This document shows, piece by piece, positions 1-10,700 of a DNA stretch of 59,238 nt. Both the position numbers and the translations under genes were made by a program. This stretch comes from a virus (lineage: Duplodnaviria > Caudoviricetes). The notes beneath the pieces are model-generated. The model was given only the letters and a program-made list of their open reading frames with translations, made no database searches and was not told the DNA's origin. The DNA is taken from positions 1 to 59,238 of the IMG/VR virus record IMGVR_UViG_3300049925_000138. One strand, written 5' to 3'. How positions within the stretch are numbered: position 1 is the stretch's first letter; every line of letters starts with the position of its first letter.

Positions 1-241
1 GGTAATGGAGTGGATTCGTACCCACTTTGAGAGTGTGAGCGGCAGAGCAGGATACGCTGACTTCTATAAGCGTGATTGCCAGCTGAAGCTTCTTGATCCT
101 GTTGGAACGGTTATTGAGCTTTGGGATATCAAGGGTGCTTTTATCACATCAGCAAACTTTGGTGATCTTGGATATGATGGCGACGATCTTCTGGAAATTC
201 AGCTAGATATGCGCTTTGATAACTGCGTTCTGCAGTACTGA
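1..241 (+). CDS. Tail tube protein (T4 gp19-like), C-terminal part; truncated by window edge
   Basis: WIR...GRAGYADFYKRD.QL.LLDPVG..IE.W.IKGAF.TS.NFG.L.Y...D.LEI.L..RFD matches the gp19-type tube C-terminal pattern; followed by a terminator and tail genes. Confidence 0.85.
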   Translation, partial: VMEWIRTHFESVSGRAGYADFYKRDCQLKLLDPVGTVIELWDIKGAFITSANFGDLGYDGDDLLEIQLDMRFDNCVLQY

Positions 242-248
242 CAAACTC

Positions 249-299
249 GGAATAGAAGAATACAGCTTAATGAGTTGTATCTTCTATTCCATTTTTATT
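249..299 (+). terminator. Rho-independent terminator after tail tube gene
   Basis: GGAATAGAAGA(249-259)...TCTTCTATTCC(280-290) stem followed by ATTTTTATT. Confidence 0.7.
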
Positions 300-318
300 A
301 AATGGATGTCATTTATTC

Positions 319-1080
319 ATGAATATCGGATTAGTCCCAATGTCAGCCAAGCCTTATCATCTTGGACATCATTTGCTTGTTCAATTTGCTGCATTGGGTG
401 TTCTGAGTAATGAAATAAAGAGGACTGAAGGTCCTGAAAATGACTTAGTTTTAGTTTTTGTTTCATTTTCTAGTAGAGGGACAAAGAAAACTTCAAAAGG
501 TGAGATTCCACTTGCAGGTGATACTCCTGTGTATGGCAGTGATATGCGTTATATTTGGAAAAATTTATTAATTCCAAATTTGAATTTGCCAAAAAATGTT
601 AAGTTTTTAACACCAGATGAAGGAATCCCTTCATCACCTGTATTATCTGTTCTAAACATTCTTAATGCTGTTCATCAAGCTAAAAAAAATGATGAAATGA
701 CAGTGAGAATACCTTATGCTGATGTTGAAGTTGATTTGGGTGATTTAGCAATAAACATTTACTCTGATGAAGAAGATATTGCAGCAAATTATCCTGATGC
801 TGATCTTGAAAGAAGATATCCTGGATTACTTCAATCAACAATTAATAAAATTGGTTTGTCTAGATCTGCAACTATTGATATTAGTGGAACAAAAATGAGA
901 AATTATCTTTGCACAGGAGAGCGTGATAAATTTATTAAATTGCTTCCTCCTGTTTCCAAAGATATTGCAATAGAAATTTATGAAACATTAAAGACTTCAG
1001 TTGAAAATAGTTGCCCTAGATCAGTTTGGAAACCTACTGCTGAAAGCTTGCGCCGCAAGCTCATAAGGCTAATGATATGA
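319..1080 (+). CDS. HIGH-motif nucleotidyltransferase (cytidylyltransferase/NMNAT-like superfamily)
   Basis: N-terminal KPYHLGH (HxGH) and C-terminal ISGTKMR (SxT/SxxR) motifs. Confidence 0.7.
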   Translation: MNIGLVPMSAKPYHLGHHLLVQFAALGVLSNEIKRTEGPENDLVLVFVSFSSRGTKKTSKGEIPLAGDTPVYGSDMRYIWKNLLIPNLNLPKNVKFLTPDEGIPSSPVLSVLNILNAVHQAKKNDEMTVRIPYADVEVDLGDLAINIYSDEEDIAANYPDADLERRYPGLLQSTINKIGLSRSATIDISGTKMRNYLCTGERDKFIKLLPPVSKDIAIEIYETLKTSVENSCPRSVWKPTAESLRRKLIRLMI

Positions 1081-2108
1081 TTGAATCTCTTCTTCGAAAT
1101 TACATTCGCGCTTTAATTATGGAAAGCACGCCTAGAATCAAAGACTTACACACTGATGATATTATAAATCTTCTTGAAGATATTCTTGGTCGCAAACCTT
1201 TTTTAAGTTTTACTGAAAAACTTGCTGGTCAATTTTTTGAAGTAAAAATTGAAAATGGTCTAGTCACAGCAAACTATAAAGAGACAATTGAAAAAGGGAT
1301 TCCACATTCACCCACAGCCGATTTAGGTGGTGTTGCAAGAGTAATAAAAAATTCAAGATTTGCAAAAAGTAAAGATGCAAAATTTAAGTTTGAAGTGATT
1401 AAACCAGAAAATAGGCCTGATTATATTGATTATGCAATTGGAGATATTCCAGTTGCAATTGAATTTACAGGTGCAATGTCAAAAGCATTATGCGTTCATT
1501 TAAATGAAAAACAAAATTTTGTAAAGTTTCTATGTAAAGAAGATATCACAAAAAGACCTAAGCCTCTACGCCCTGAACTGCAAGAAAAATTAGAAAATAT
1601 TTATAATTTGCTTGTTTCTAATCCAAAAATTTCAAGATTAAAAAAAATAGAAATCGAAAATTTTGTATCTGAGTCATTCATTGAAATATTCGGAGAAAGC
1701 GTTTTTGGTGGAACACCTGAAGGTGTGTTTGCTACCGGAGCATCAAAAGATTTTAAGATACCAAATTTAGCTTATGCCAACATTCAAAGAATTCAGGCCC
1801 CCGTGTATGCAATTTTTTCACAAAAAAGCCAATACACAAATGATCAAATTATTGAAAGAATTGAAGGTCTAGTCAATAATCCTGACAAGCTTAAAACAGA
1901 TAAAATGCTTATTGATCTTCACAAATATTTAGAAGCAGCTTCTCAAGGATTTTCTAAAGGGTTTAGAACATTCTTTTCTCAAAAAGAAGCATCACTTCTT
2001 CTTTCAAATATGGAAGAAATTATGGGCGGGGCTGATCACTTAGTTTATGATTTTTATGATAAAATAAATAGAAGAATTAATAATAAGAGAGCGTGGGTTT
2101 CTACCTAA
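1077..2108 (+). CDS. Hypothetical protein, possible degenerate ligase-like nucleotidyltransferase fold; has putative head-targeting leader
   Basis: ATGA overlap with upstream gene; TEKLAG resembles motif I TEKxDG and PEGVF resembles motif IV EGxV; N-terminus LLRNYIRALIMES. Confidence 0.4.
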   Translation: MIESLLRNYIRALIMESTPRIKDLHTDDIINLLEDILGRKPFLSFTEKLAGQFFEVKIENGLVTANYKETIEKGIPHSPTADLGGVARVIKNSRFAKSKDAKFKFEVIKPENRPDYIDYAIGDIPVAIEFTGAMSKALCVHLNEKQNFVKFLCKEDITKRPKPLRPELQEKLENIYNLLVSNPKISRLKKIEIENFVSESFIEIFGESVFGGTPEGVFATGASKDFKIPNLAYANIQRIQAPVYAIFSQKSQYTNDQIIERIEGLVNNPDKLKTDKMLIDLHKYLEAASQGFSKGFRTFFSQKEASLLLSNMEEIMGGADHLVYDFYDKINRRINNKRAWVST

Positions 2109-2164
2109 TTCATTTTACTTTGATTTTTAATCAAATAAGAATTAAATGTTATTAGGAGAAATTT

Positions 2165-3001
2165 GTGGGAGAAAATCGTAGCGATCTTTTTGGTGGTGCT
2201 GTCCCAGCTGGGATTCAGACTAAGGATGTGATGAAGGATGATTTCGGATTTGAAATTCCAGTTGAGTCTGTTCCTCTTCCTTCAAATGGCTTAACTTATC
2301 CATCCGATTCACCACTTCATTGTTCTGAAACTGTTGATATTAGATCAATGACTGCTCGTGAAGAAGATATTTTGACTTCTCGCGCCCTGATTAAGAAAGG
2401 AACAGTCATCACTGAGCTTATTAAGAGCTGTCTCATTGACAAGAGAATTAATGTTCTTGATATGCTAGCTGGCGATCGTAATGCCATCATGGTTGCTTTG
2501 CGTATCACTGGTTATGGTAAGGATTATGTTGTAGAGTCTGATTGTCCTAAGTGTGGTAATCGATCAAAGCAGACATTTGATCTTGCAAATATGCCTATTA
2601 AGCGACTTGAAATTGAGCCAGTTTCTAAGGGATCAAACGCATTTGAGTTTAAGCTACCAGTCACAAAGAAGTCTGTTGTCTTTAAGTTTATCACTGGTAG
2701 GGATGAAGAAGAGATTCTAACTGTTCAAGAGCGAATCAAGAAGCAAGGCGCTCTTGCCGATAACATTGTCACCACTCGTTTGCAATATACAATCATTTCA
2801 ATTGATGGTCGATCAGATCGTGGAGCAATTAACTCTTTCGTTAGAAGTATGCCAGCTCGCGATTCGATGGCACTCAGAAAGTATATTGAGCAGCATGAGC
2901 CTGGTATTGAAATGAAGTCGGAGTATGATTGTAATTCCTGCAATGAGGTAAGCGAGGTGCGCGTACCGCTGGGTGCCGGATTTTTTTGGCCTGAGGCCTG
3001 A
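2165..3001 (+). CDS. Tail/baseplate assembly chaperone (T4 gp26-like hub assembly protein)
   Basis: GTG start with AGGAG RBS; VPLPSNG..Y, IRSMTAREEDIL, GDRNAIMVALRITGYG..Y, two CxxC pairs, ends FFWP; lies between tube and tape measure. Confidence 0.75.
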   Translation: MGENRSDLFGGAVPAGIQTKDVMKDDFGFEIPVESVPLPSNGLTYPSDSPLHCSETVDIRSMTAREEDILTSRALIKKGTVITELIKSCLIDKRINVLDMLAGDRNAIMVALRITGYGKDYVVESDCPKCGNRSKQTFDLANMPIKRLEIEPVSKGSNAFEFKLPVTKKSVVFKFITGRDEEEILTVQERIKKQGALADNIVTTRLQYTIISIDGRSDRGAINSFVRSMPARDSMALRKYIEQHEPGIEMKSEYDCNSCNEVSEVRVPLGAGFFWPEA

Positions 3002-3251
3002 AGATCGACAAATTTATCTTGAGCACTCTTTCCTCCTTATGTACTATATGGGGTTCTCATATTGGGAATGCTACAACATTCCCATTTCATATAGAGTGTG
3101 GTTTATTGAACGATTAAATCGTGAATTAACAAAGAACTCAGATAAACAAAATGTTCCATCACGAGCTGCTCATCAAAATGACCCACAAACAAGAGCTTTG
3201 ATGGGTCTTCACCGTGGTGAAACTCCTGCAAAGCTTCGCCGATTTACATAA
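2973..3251 (+). CDS. Probable frameshift extension of the tail assembly chaperone (G-T-like)
   Basis: Overlaps upstream ORF across T7 run (2981-2987); both frames read FF at that site; YNIPISYRVWFIERL typical of these extensions. Confidence 0.6.
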   Translation: MPDFFGLRPEDRQIYLEHSFLLMYYMGFSYWECYNIPISYRVWFIERLNRELTKNSDKQNVPSRAAHQNDPQTRALMGLHRGETPAKLRRFT

Positions 3252-3272
3252 TAATTAGATATGGAGGTCATT

Positions 3273-3524
3273 ATGGCGAATCCTTTATTAGAAGTGTTTA
3301 AGTCGGCGGGTGAATACATTGTTGAGGGTGGAACTCAACCAAAATTTGTAGGATCACGCAATCAAGTAGATTCATTGCGTAGAGCTATGCTTGCATCTAA
3401 AATGCTTTATGAAACATTATCATCTGACAATTCAACAATTGATGCGGTGATGGTTGCTTTAAATGAAAAAAAAGAAGCTGCAAGAAATTTTAAGAACAAT
3501 TTTGGGATTGATTGGCCATTCTAA
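3273..3524 (+). CDS. Hypothetical protein
   Basis: GGAGG RBS at 3263-3267 before ATG 3273; ATAATTA motif upstream. Confidence 0.55.
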   Translation: MANPLLEVFKSAGEYIVEGGTQPKFVGSRNQVDSLRRAMLASKMLYETLSSDNSTIDAVMVALNEKKEAARNFKNNFGIDWPF

Positions 3525-3566
3525 AATTTCAAATCTTGATACTTAATCGATAGAGGAATTATTAGT

Positions 3567-6500
3567 ATGGCCGAAGTTGATGCAGATCATTTTGATAATC
3601 TTATAAATTCTATTGATAGATTAGATAAAGCTATTGAAAACATGAATAGGACCTCAACCGGAGGTCTTACTCCTGATTTAGTAAATGATAATGCATCAGC
3701 TTCAAGTTTAGGTGGTCAATCTGCAATTGCAGATGATTTAACAAAATCTCTTGCTAGTGCAAACGTTGAATCTAAAACACTTAATAATTCTTTAACATTT
3801 CTTCAATCAGCATTTTCTGGACTGGGTGAAGGTGCTAATTCATTAATTGATTCAATGGGAAGTTTTGTTGAATCAATTCCTGGTGCAAGTATAGTTATTG
3901 ATTCTTTACGCAATGGAATTAGTCTTTTATTAACAAATATTGAATCAGTGTCAATGGCAATTATGGGTCCAATGGCCGCCGCCTTTGGATTTTTGTCAAC
4001 AGTGTATGATTCATTAATTCAAAAAGCTGCTGACCTTGCAAAAGCAGGATATGATTATGCTCGTGCATTAGAAGAAATTCGTGAAAAGACAGGTAGTTTT
4101 AATGAAACTACATCTCGAACAATAAAACAAACAGCTGAAGGTCTTACACATTCATTAAATAAAGCTGCTGGGAATTCAAAAGCATTTAGCTCTAAATTTT
4201 CTCCAGGTGTTCAAGGTGCAATTGAAAAATTGCGTGCAATAGATAGTATTTCAACAGAATTTGGAGCAACACTTGATAATTTAGGTCAAAAACAAATTGA
4301 TGATGCTTCAGCGCAACTTTTTGTCTTAAAAAAGGGACTTAATTTTACAAGTGAAGCAATGAAGCAAACAGCAGTTCTTGCTCAACTAAGTGGGAAGTCT
4401 TTAAAGTCGTTTAGTCAAGATATCATGGCATCAGTTGATAAGATTGGAAAACGTTGGGGTGTTTCTACTAAAGTTCTTGGTTTAGATGTTGGAAAAGCTC
4501 TTTCAAACTTTAAATTACTTGGAAAAATGACAGGTGATTATGTTGTGGAAATGACAAAAGCTTCAACATATACAAGAAAATTAGGAATTGATATTAATGA
4601 ACTGACGGGTATTGTAGATAAGTTTGATAACTTTGAAAGTGGAGCCGAGGCCGCCGCCCAATTAGCTCAAGGGTTTGGAATGGTTCTTGATCCTTTAACT
4701 ATGATAAATACTGAAGTTGGTCCAAGATTAAAGTCTTTACAAAGCTCATTTGCTGCAACTGGAAGATCTATTGACTCAATGACTCGACAAGAAAGAAAAT
4801 ATCTTGCTGAAACTGCGGGTTTGACGGAACAACAAACACTTCTTGCATTTTCAGCAAAAGGCCTTTCAATGTCATATGATGATATTGTTGCCGGTTCAGA
4901 TGCAGCTATGAAAAAACATAAATCGACTGAAGAAGTAATTAATGATTTAGCAGATAATATCCAAAATGTTATTGTTGAATTTAAAAATTTCACTGGATTT
5001 ATTAGCGCATTCATTGAGGGATTTTTGGCAGGGTTTATGGGAACAAACTCAATTATGAGACTCATAAGTCAATTTGCTCATCAATTACTTAGAGTTGCAG
5101 CAATTGGTAGAGAAACAGGTAAAATGTTTGGAACATTGCTATTTGGTGAAAGTAATATGGCCGGCGGGAAAAAATTATTATCACTTTTTAGTAAGTTTGG
5201 TGATATGGCAGTCGAAATTGCTGGTCACATTCGTACTTTTACAAGTTTGCTAAATGGAAATGTCGCAGATGCATTTCAACATCTTCTTGAAAATATTATG
5301 CACTCTGTTGACAAAATGTTTGGCGCTGCGGGTGGAGCAAACTTTGGTAGTATGATAAAGAAAGTTGCTACATTTATGACAAATATTGTAAAGGGTGCTC
5401 TACAATTTATTTTAAAGGAAATTCCAAACATAGTTCAAAGTTTAAAATCAGCATCAGGTAGTGGTGCTTCTGATACACTTCTTAGTTCTATTTTTGGAAC
5501 ATTTAAAGATTTATCAGCAACCATCCAGCCTTTGCTTAAAGATTTAGCATTTGCTTTACCTGAGCTTGGTGCTGCTCTTATTGATGCAATAGTTGATTTT
5601 ATCAAATCACCAGATAATATGGGTATAAAAGCTTTGTTAACCGGCGGTCCCGCCATGGCTGCAATTGGAACATTTTTTAGTTCAATTTTTGATGTGATCA
5701 AAACACTTGCTACAAAGTGGTTTGCTGGTGAAGACTTGACAAAACTTTCAGGTGATATTGGCGCAAATTTTAAGTCAAAGATGACTGATGGTATTACTGC
5801 AGCTTTTGCGGCCCCCGGTGACGCTAAAGCGGCTGCCGCATTAAAAACCGCCGCGGCCGGAGTGACGGCTGATGTGGCGGATGCTATGAGCGGCGGCGCA
5901 GCGGCAGCGGCCATCCCTGAGCTTGGACCTCTTGATAGTCTTATGGCGCAGGGTGGAGATCTTATAAAAAAAGCTGGAAAATTAGGAGCTATTGGATTAG
6001 GTGTTGCATTATTGCCTTCACTTATAGAAGATATTGCAAGTGGAATGGTAGAAGTTCTTAGAATTTTTAATGAACCGCGGGATTGGGAAGGTGTTCAGGT
6101 CGGTAAGATATCATTTTTGGGTCTTTTGAAAAGAGATGTAGAAATGTTTTCAAATTTTAATCCTGATGCGCTTGATTCAGCTGGAACATTTTTATTAAAG
6201 ATTATTGGTGGTGGAATTTTAACAGGCGCAGCTGCTTTATTTCAATCGCTTGTAGGAAAAGACAATGAAGTTGATACTGAGGCAATGACAACTACGTTGA
6301 ATTCACTTGTTGGTGTTCTACAAAGTGCTATAGATAAATTTACTAGTAAAGATGTGAAATCTGCTTTGCAAAAAGCTCCCACTGCTGCAAAAAATCTTGG
6401 AATCATTAGTCCAATAATGGAAAGCTTTGTTGATATAATAAAAAATACAATTGGAGTGCTTTCTCTTCTTCCAAAAGATGAAGATTTGCCAGTCACAAAT

Positions 6501-7514
6501 GACAAATCATATGAAGACAAATTACGTGAAGCAATAATGCTACCTTTTAATATTTTAATTGATGGTGATAACTCAATTTTAAGCAAAATTAGAGGAATCA
6601 ATTTAGCAGATTTTAATAAAGACAAAATCGAGAATTTATCATCAATTTTTGATATGTTGGGCAAAGCCAGCACTGCTGCTCAAGAATTTTCTAAAACTGG
6701 TGGGACTAAGTCTGCCGAGGTTGAAATTGCTAATGCTTCTGTAAACATTATGCGACTTTTGGAATGGACTCCATCAATTTTGAAACTGGGGGCTGATCTT
6801 GATGATGTTAAGCAAATGACCCAAGCTGAAACAAAAATTATTGGAGCTATCAATGTTACTAAATCGTATTTAACGGGTCTTAGTGATTTATCAGAAAAAT
6901 ATAATTCTTTGAAAGATGTTAATATTGATTTAAATAGTGGTGTGTTTTCCCTTATTAACCCAGCGCCGCCAATGAAAGATTCTGGCTTAAAACAAATAAT
7001 TAACTCATTTATAGATTTTAAAGACTCTATTGCAGAAATCGACTTATCAAGCTTAGATAAAACGTTTTTGTCAATTAGTAATACTATGACTAATTATATT
7101 AGTATGATAGAAAGTATTTTAAGTATAAATAGTCCAGCTAATCGTTCAATAGAAGCAGTTTTAAGCATTGTGCACGTAGCTGAAACAGTAAAAGGAATTT
7201 TACAAAATTTAGGTGCAATTGATATCGATGCGGCTATTGAAGATTACAATGGTGGTAATAATGTTGCTTCATCTGCTATCACAATCAACGGTGGCGCTGT
7301 TAATGTGACCGTGAATATGAATGTCACAATGGATGCAATGAAATTAGCAGGTCAGCTTGTAATTGCTGGAACTGTTGAGCCAACAGCAGACTTTAATTCA
7401 TATTTAGCAAATCATGAACAGAAAAGAGTATTTGATTGGACACACGGAAACAACGGAAAAGCATATTATGATTATAACGGTATAAAATACATTGGGGGCG
7501 TTAGGCAGCCATGA
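3567..7514 (+). CDS. Tape measure protein
   Basis: 1315 aa, Ala/Gly/Leu-rich helical protein with hydrophobic segments, immediately after chaperone/frameshift genes. Confidence 0.8.
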   Translation: MAEVDADHFDNLINSIDRLDKAIENMNRTSTGGLTPDLVNDNASASSLGGQSAIADDLTKSLASANVESKTLNNSLTFLQSAFSGLGEGANSLIDSMGSFVESIPGASIVIDSLRNGISLLLTNIESVSMAIMGPMAAAFGFLSTVYDSLIQKAADLAKAGYDYARALEEIREKTGSFNETTSRTIKQTAEGLTHSLNKAAGNSKAFSSKFSPGVQGAIEKLRAIDSISTEFGATLDNLGQKQIDDASAQLFVLKKGLNFTSEAMKQTAVLAQLSGKSLKSFSQDIMASVDKIGKRWGVSTKVLGLDVGKALSNFKLLGKMTGDYVVEMTKASTYTRKLGIDINELTGIVDKFDNFESGAEAAAQLAQGFGMVLDPLTMINTEVGPRLKSLQSSFAATGRSIDSMTRQERKYLAETAGLTEQQTLLAFSAKGLSMSYDDIVAGSDAAMKKHKSTEEVINDLADNIQNVIVEFKNFTGFISAFIEGFLAGFMGTNSIMRLISQFAHQLLRVAAIGRETGKMFGTLLFGESNMAGGKKLLSLFSKFGDMAVEIAGHIRTFTSLLNGNVADAFQHLLENIMHSVDKMFGAAGGANFGSMIKKVATFMTNIVKGALQFILKEIPNIVQSLKSASGSGASDTLLSSIFGTFKDLSATIQPLLKDLAFALPELGAALIDAIVDFIKSPDNMGIKALLTGGPAMAAIGTFFSSIFDVIKTLATKWFAGEDLTKLSGDIGANFKSKMTDGITAAFAAPGDAKAAAALKTAAAGVTADVADAMSGGAAAAAIPELGPLDSLMAQGGDLIKKAGKLGAIGLGVALLPSLIEDIASGMVEVLRIFNEPRDWEGVQVGKISFLGLLKRDVEMFSNFNPDALDSAGTFLLKIIGGGILTGAAALFQSLVGKDNEVDTEAMTTTLNSLVGVLQSAIDKFTSKDVKSALQKAPTAAKNLGIISPIMESFVDIIKNTIGVLSLLPKDEDLPVTNDKSYEDKLREAIMLPFNILIDGDNSILSKIRGINLADFNKDKIENLSSIFDMLGKASTAAQEFSKTGGTKSAEVEIANASVNIMRLLEWTPSILKLGADLDDVKQMTQAETKIIGAINVTKSYLTGLSDLSEKYNSLKDVNIDLNSGVFSLINPAPPMKDSGLKQIINSFIDFKDSIAEIDLSSLDKTFLSISNTMTNYISMIESILSINSPANRSIEAVLSIVHVAETVKGILQNLGAIDIDAAIEDYNGGNNVASSAITINGGAVNVTVNMNVTMDAMKLAGQLVIAGTVEPTADFNSYLANHEQKRVFDWTHGNNGKAYYDYNGIKYIGGVRQP

Positions 7515-7756
7515 CAACTAATATAGTTAATTTACTTATGAATTCCAGCATTTATAAAAAGATGCTGGAGCAAGTTCCAGAAGATGAGCGTGATCAGGCT
7601 TTAAAAGAATTAGCTGAAGAAGTTGAGCCTCTTGGTGCTATTCTTTTATCAACTCCTGGAGCAATGGATATCTTCACTTCAATGTTGTCTAATCAAGAGG
7701 ATGTTGAGGCCAAAAATGAACCTCAGCCTGCCCGACGGCCTCCAAGGAGATTTTGA
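7511..7756 (+). CDS. Hypothetical protein
   Basis: ATGA-coupled to tape measure and to next gene. Confidence 0.55.
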   Translation: MTTNIVNLLMNSSIYKKMLEQVPEDERDQALKELAEEVEPLGAILLSTPGAMDIFTSMLSNQEDVEAKNEPQPARRPPRRF

Positions 7757-10700
7757 TGTCAAGCACAAGAATTGCTCCACCATATCCAACATTTGAAGAT
7801 GTCGATGGAGACGGCAACGTTAATTTTCAAAATGATGATATCACTGATAGAAATAAACAAGTTCTTAGATCATATTTGTCTGATCTAACACTTGGAAGAA
7901 ATCCTGATGAAAGTGATGCTGTAATTGAATACAATGGACAATTGCCTCCAAATCATGCAAACCCTTATCCATTAACTCCTATTGAGTCTCCACAGCCAGT
8001 TTATACTGATCAAGTCGGTCTGCAAGAAGCAGTTGATCTGAGTAATCAACCTTCAGAATTATTTGGAGATACAAATAGAATAGTTCATACTGGACCTCTG
8101 GGTGAAGCATCTTCTGAGGCAGCTGGAACAGGTCATGAATTTCTCCCAGGTGTAATTGGATCTGAGCTAAGAGATGGCCCAGTCAGAACCAGTAATCCTG
8201 AAGCCAAAAGATATGTAGAAACATTAGGGTCAAGTCTTAAGAAGAAAAATTTATATGTTGGTACTTTAAAAGTTAGTGATGCAGATGGAAATAATCCTAT
8301 TTCAGTGGTTGAAAGTAATGAATTTTCTGGAGAAAATATTAGGGATGTTTCTTCATCACAGCGTGTGAATTTAGGAAATACACTTGAAGGAACTCTAAGT
8401 CATAGCTTTGATGCCGCTGACGCTAAGTTTATTAAAGAAGCAAATTTGAAAAAAGTTGCAGTCCAATTAATGGAAGCTGCAATGGGCAACAAAGAAGTCC
8501 AAGCCGGCAAAAAGCGTATTAAGAATTCTAATTCAAATATTAGAGCTGCAAACTCTACAGGATTTGAAAAGTTTAATAGAACAACTCTTGGTCTGGGCCA
8601 AGATGCAATTGACTCAGGCGAGTCAGATAATGGCTCTAATTACACAGACGTTTCGTGGGGAAATTATTTTTCACCAAATAAACAATACACAGGTTCTGAA
8701 ACAGCCAAAGGGGCATTTCTTTTAACTGCAAATTTTTTAGCAATTATTCTTGCCGTTGCGGCCGTGATTGGTGTATTTGCATTAAAAAGTGAAAACAAAG
8801 ATAGAGTTCCAACTGAAATTGATTACAAGGATCAAACTGCTCTTTATAGAAAACTTGCAATGGGCGAATTCAAATTTCAGCCAATTAACGGATTTGCAAT
8901 TGGTTTGACAACAGTTCTTAAAGTTGCAAGTAGCATAACAGGTCTTGATATAAATAATCCTATTTATCGTCCTACAAATCCAACAGTAAATTATGGAGAT
9001 TGCGTCGTCGCCGGATTTGCATCGTTTTTAGGTGTTTCATATGTTATAGATTTAAAACTTATTAAGTCTGCACTTGGTGGCTTGTTCATATTAAACTTTA
9101 ACACATTTATCATACTTGCAGAAATTGTTGTAAGATATGCAACACTTTTGATTGATAATCCGCAACGCCAATATTATATGAACATATTCAGGTTATTGCA
9201 AAGAGATCGCGTACATTTATCACATCTTAAAGATAATGTGGGTGACGACGAAAAAATTGGTGACAAAATAGAGGCTGGTGCCGAATTTATTAGTGAATTA
9301 TTTGATTCAAAGCTTTTTAAATTTGTTAATACTCTTGCAAAAATTGGTGACCTTGAATACACTCAAGCAATTGCTAGAAAATTTCGAGCAACAGATGTTG
9401 AAGTCTCGCCTGGTGTAGCTTATTCAGAAGGATTTGATTACTCAAAAGATGATTCTAAAGGTCTACAAACATTTTTAGCAAAAGGATTTGCGTCTCTTAG
9501 AGTGTCATCCAACAAATTGGCAGAGCGTAGAGGAGTGACTTGGGGTATTGCTGATTTACCATCACTTCATTTAATACCTGGTGGATCTGGACAAATTTAT
9601 AAAGATCTCATTGGTGATAGTTCATATGCAAGAAAGAGATTGACATCCACCGAGCCTGGTGGGAAAAATAGATTTACGCCTGAACAAGTTTCTGCAATTG
9701 AAGATGTGTTAGACGCTGAATATATGCCATTTTATTTTCAAGATTTAAGAACAAATGAAATTGTGGCATTTCACGCATTTTTAGATGACCTTTCAGATAG
9801 TTATAGTGCAAACTTTAATAAGACATCAGGTTATGGTCGAGTAGATGATGTTCAAACATATAAAGACACAAAGCGTAGTGTAGGAATTACATTTCATCTT
9901 GTTGGAACAAATCCTTCTGATTTTGATTATATGTGGTGGCAAATCAATAAACTAACAACAATGGTTTATCCACAATGGTCACAAGGAAGAAAAATGCAAA
10001 CATCAGATAGACTTAGTTTTTTGCAGCCATTTTCTCAAGTGATTACAGGATCTCCAATAGTGCGTGTGCGGTTAGGCGATGTGATCAGATCAAATTATTC
10101 AAGATTCAACTTGAAGAGATTGTTTGGCTGGCAAGATGCTGAACTTAAACAATCTGATGATACGACGGCGATTGAGTATTATCTTCCTGTTGGTGCAATT
10201 TTGAGTTTATATCCTGATGGATCTGGAGATCATGTTAAATTAACAGAAGAATATTCACTTGGGTTTAAAAAACCAAAAATATTCAAAGAGGGTTCATTTC
10301 AAGTTTTGTACTCTGATCCAGACAATCCTGGATACTCGCAATTGAAGTTTGCACAATCTGTTTTAATAAGACAAAGAAATACCAAATCCATAAGTCAAAT
10401 CGCAAATGATTTTTATAAATATGAAAATAACACTATCATTAAATCATTTGAAGATTCACACGGTAAAGGCCTCGCTGCTGCTGTGACACAACTCAATTTT
10501 ACTTGGGGCGTTGCAGACCATCCTTGGGGAACAGGAGGTGATGGTCCTGGAAATCGTGCTCCAAGATATTGCAAAGTGCAAATGAACTTTGATCCAATTC
10601 ACGACATTGCTCCTGGAATTGACTCGGATGGATTTAATCGTGCTCCTATATATCCTGTTGGTGATATTGTTAATAGCATTGTTGAAGGCGGTGAAGATCA

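Noticed and set aside
216-410. 64-aa ORF bridging tube and nucleotidyltransferase genes
   Set aside because: Crosses a terminator and overlaps two better-supported genes.
4667-6673. Several 130-160 aa minus-strand ORFs within the tape measure gene
   Set aside because: Antisense shadows arising from codon bias of the plus-strand gene.
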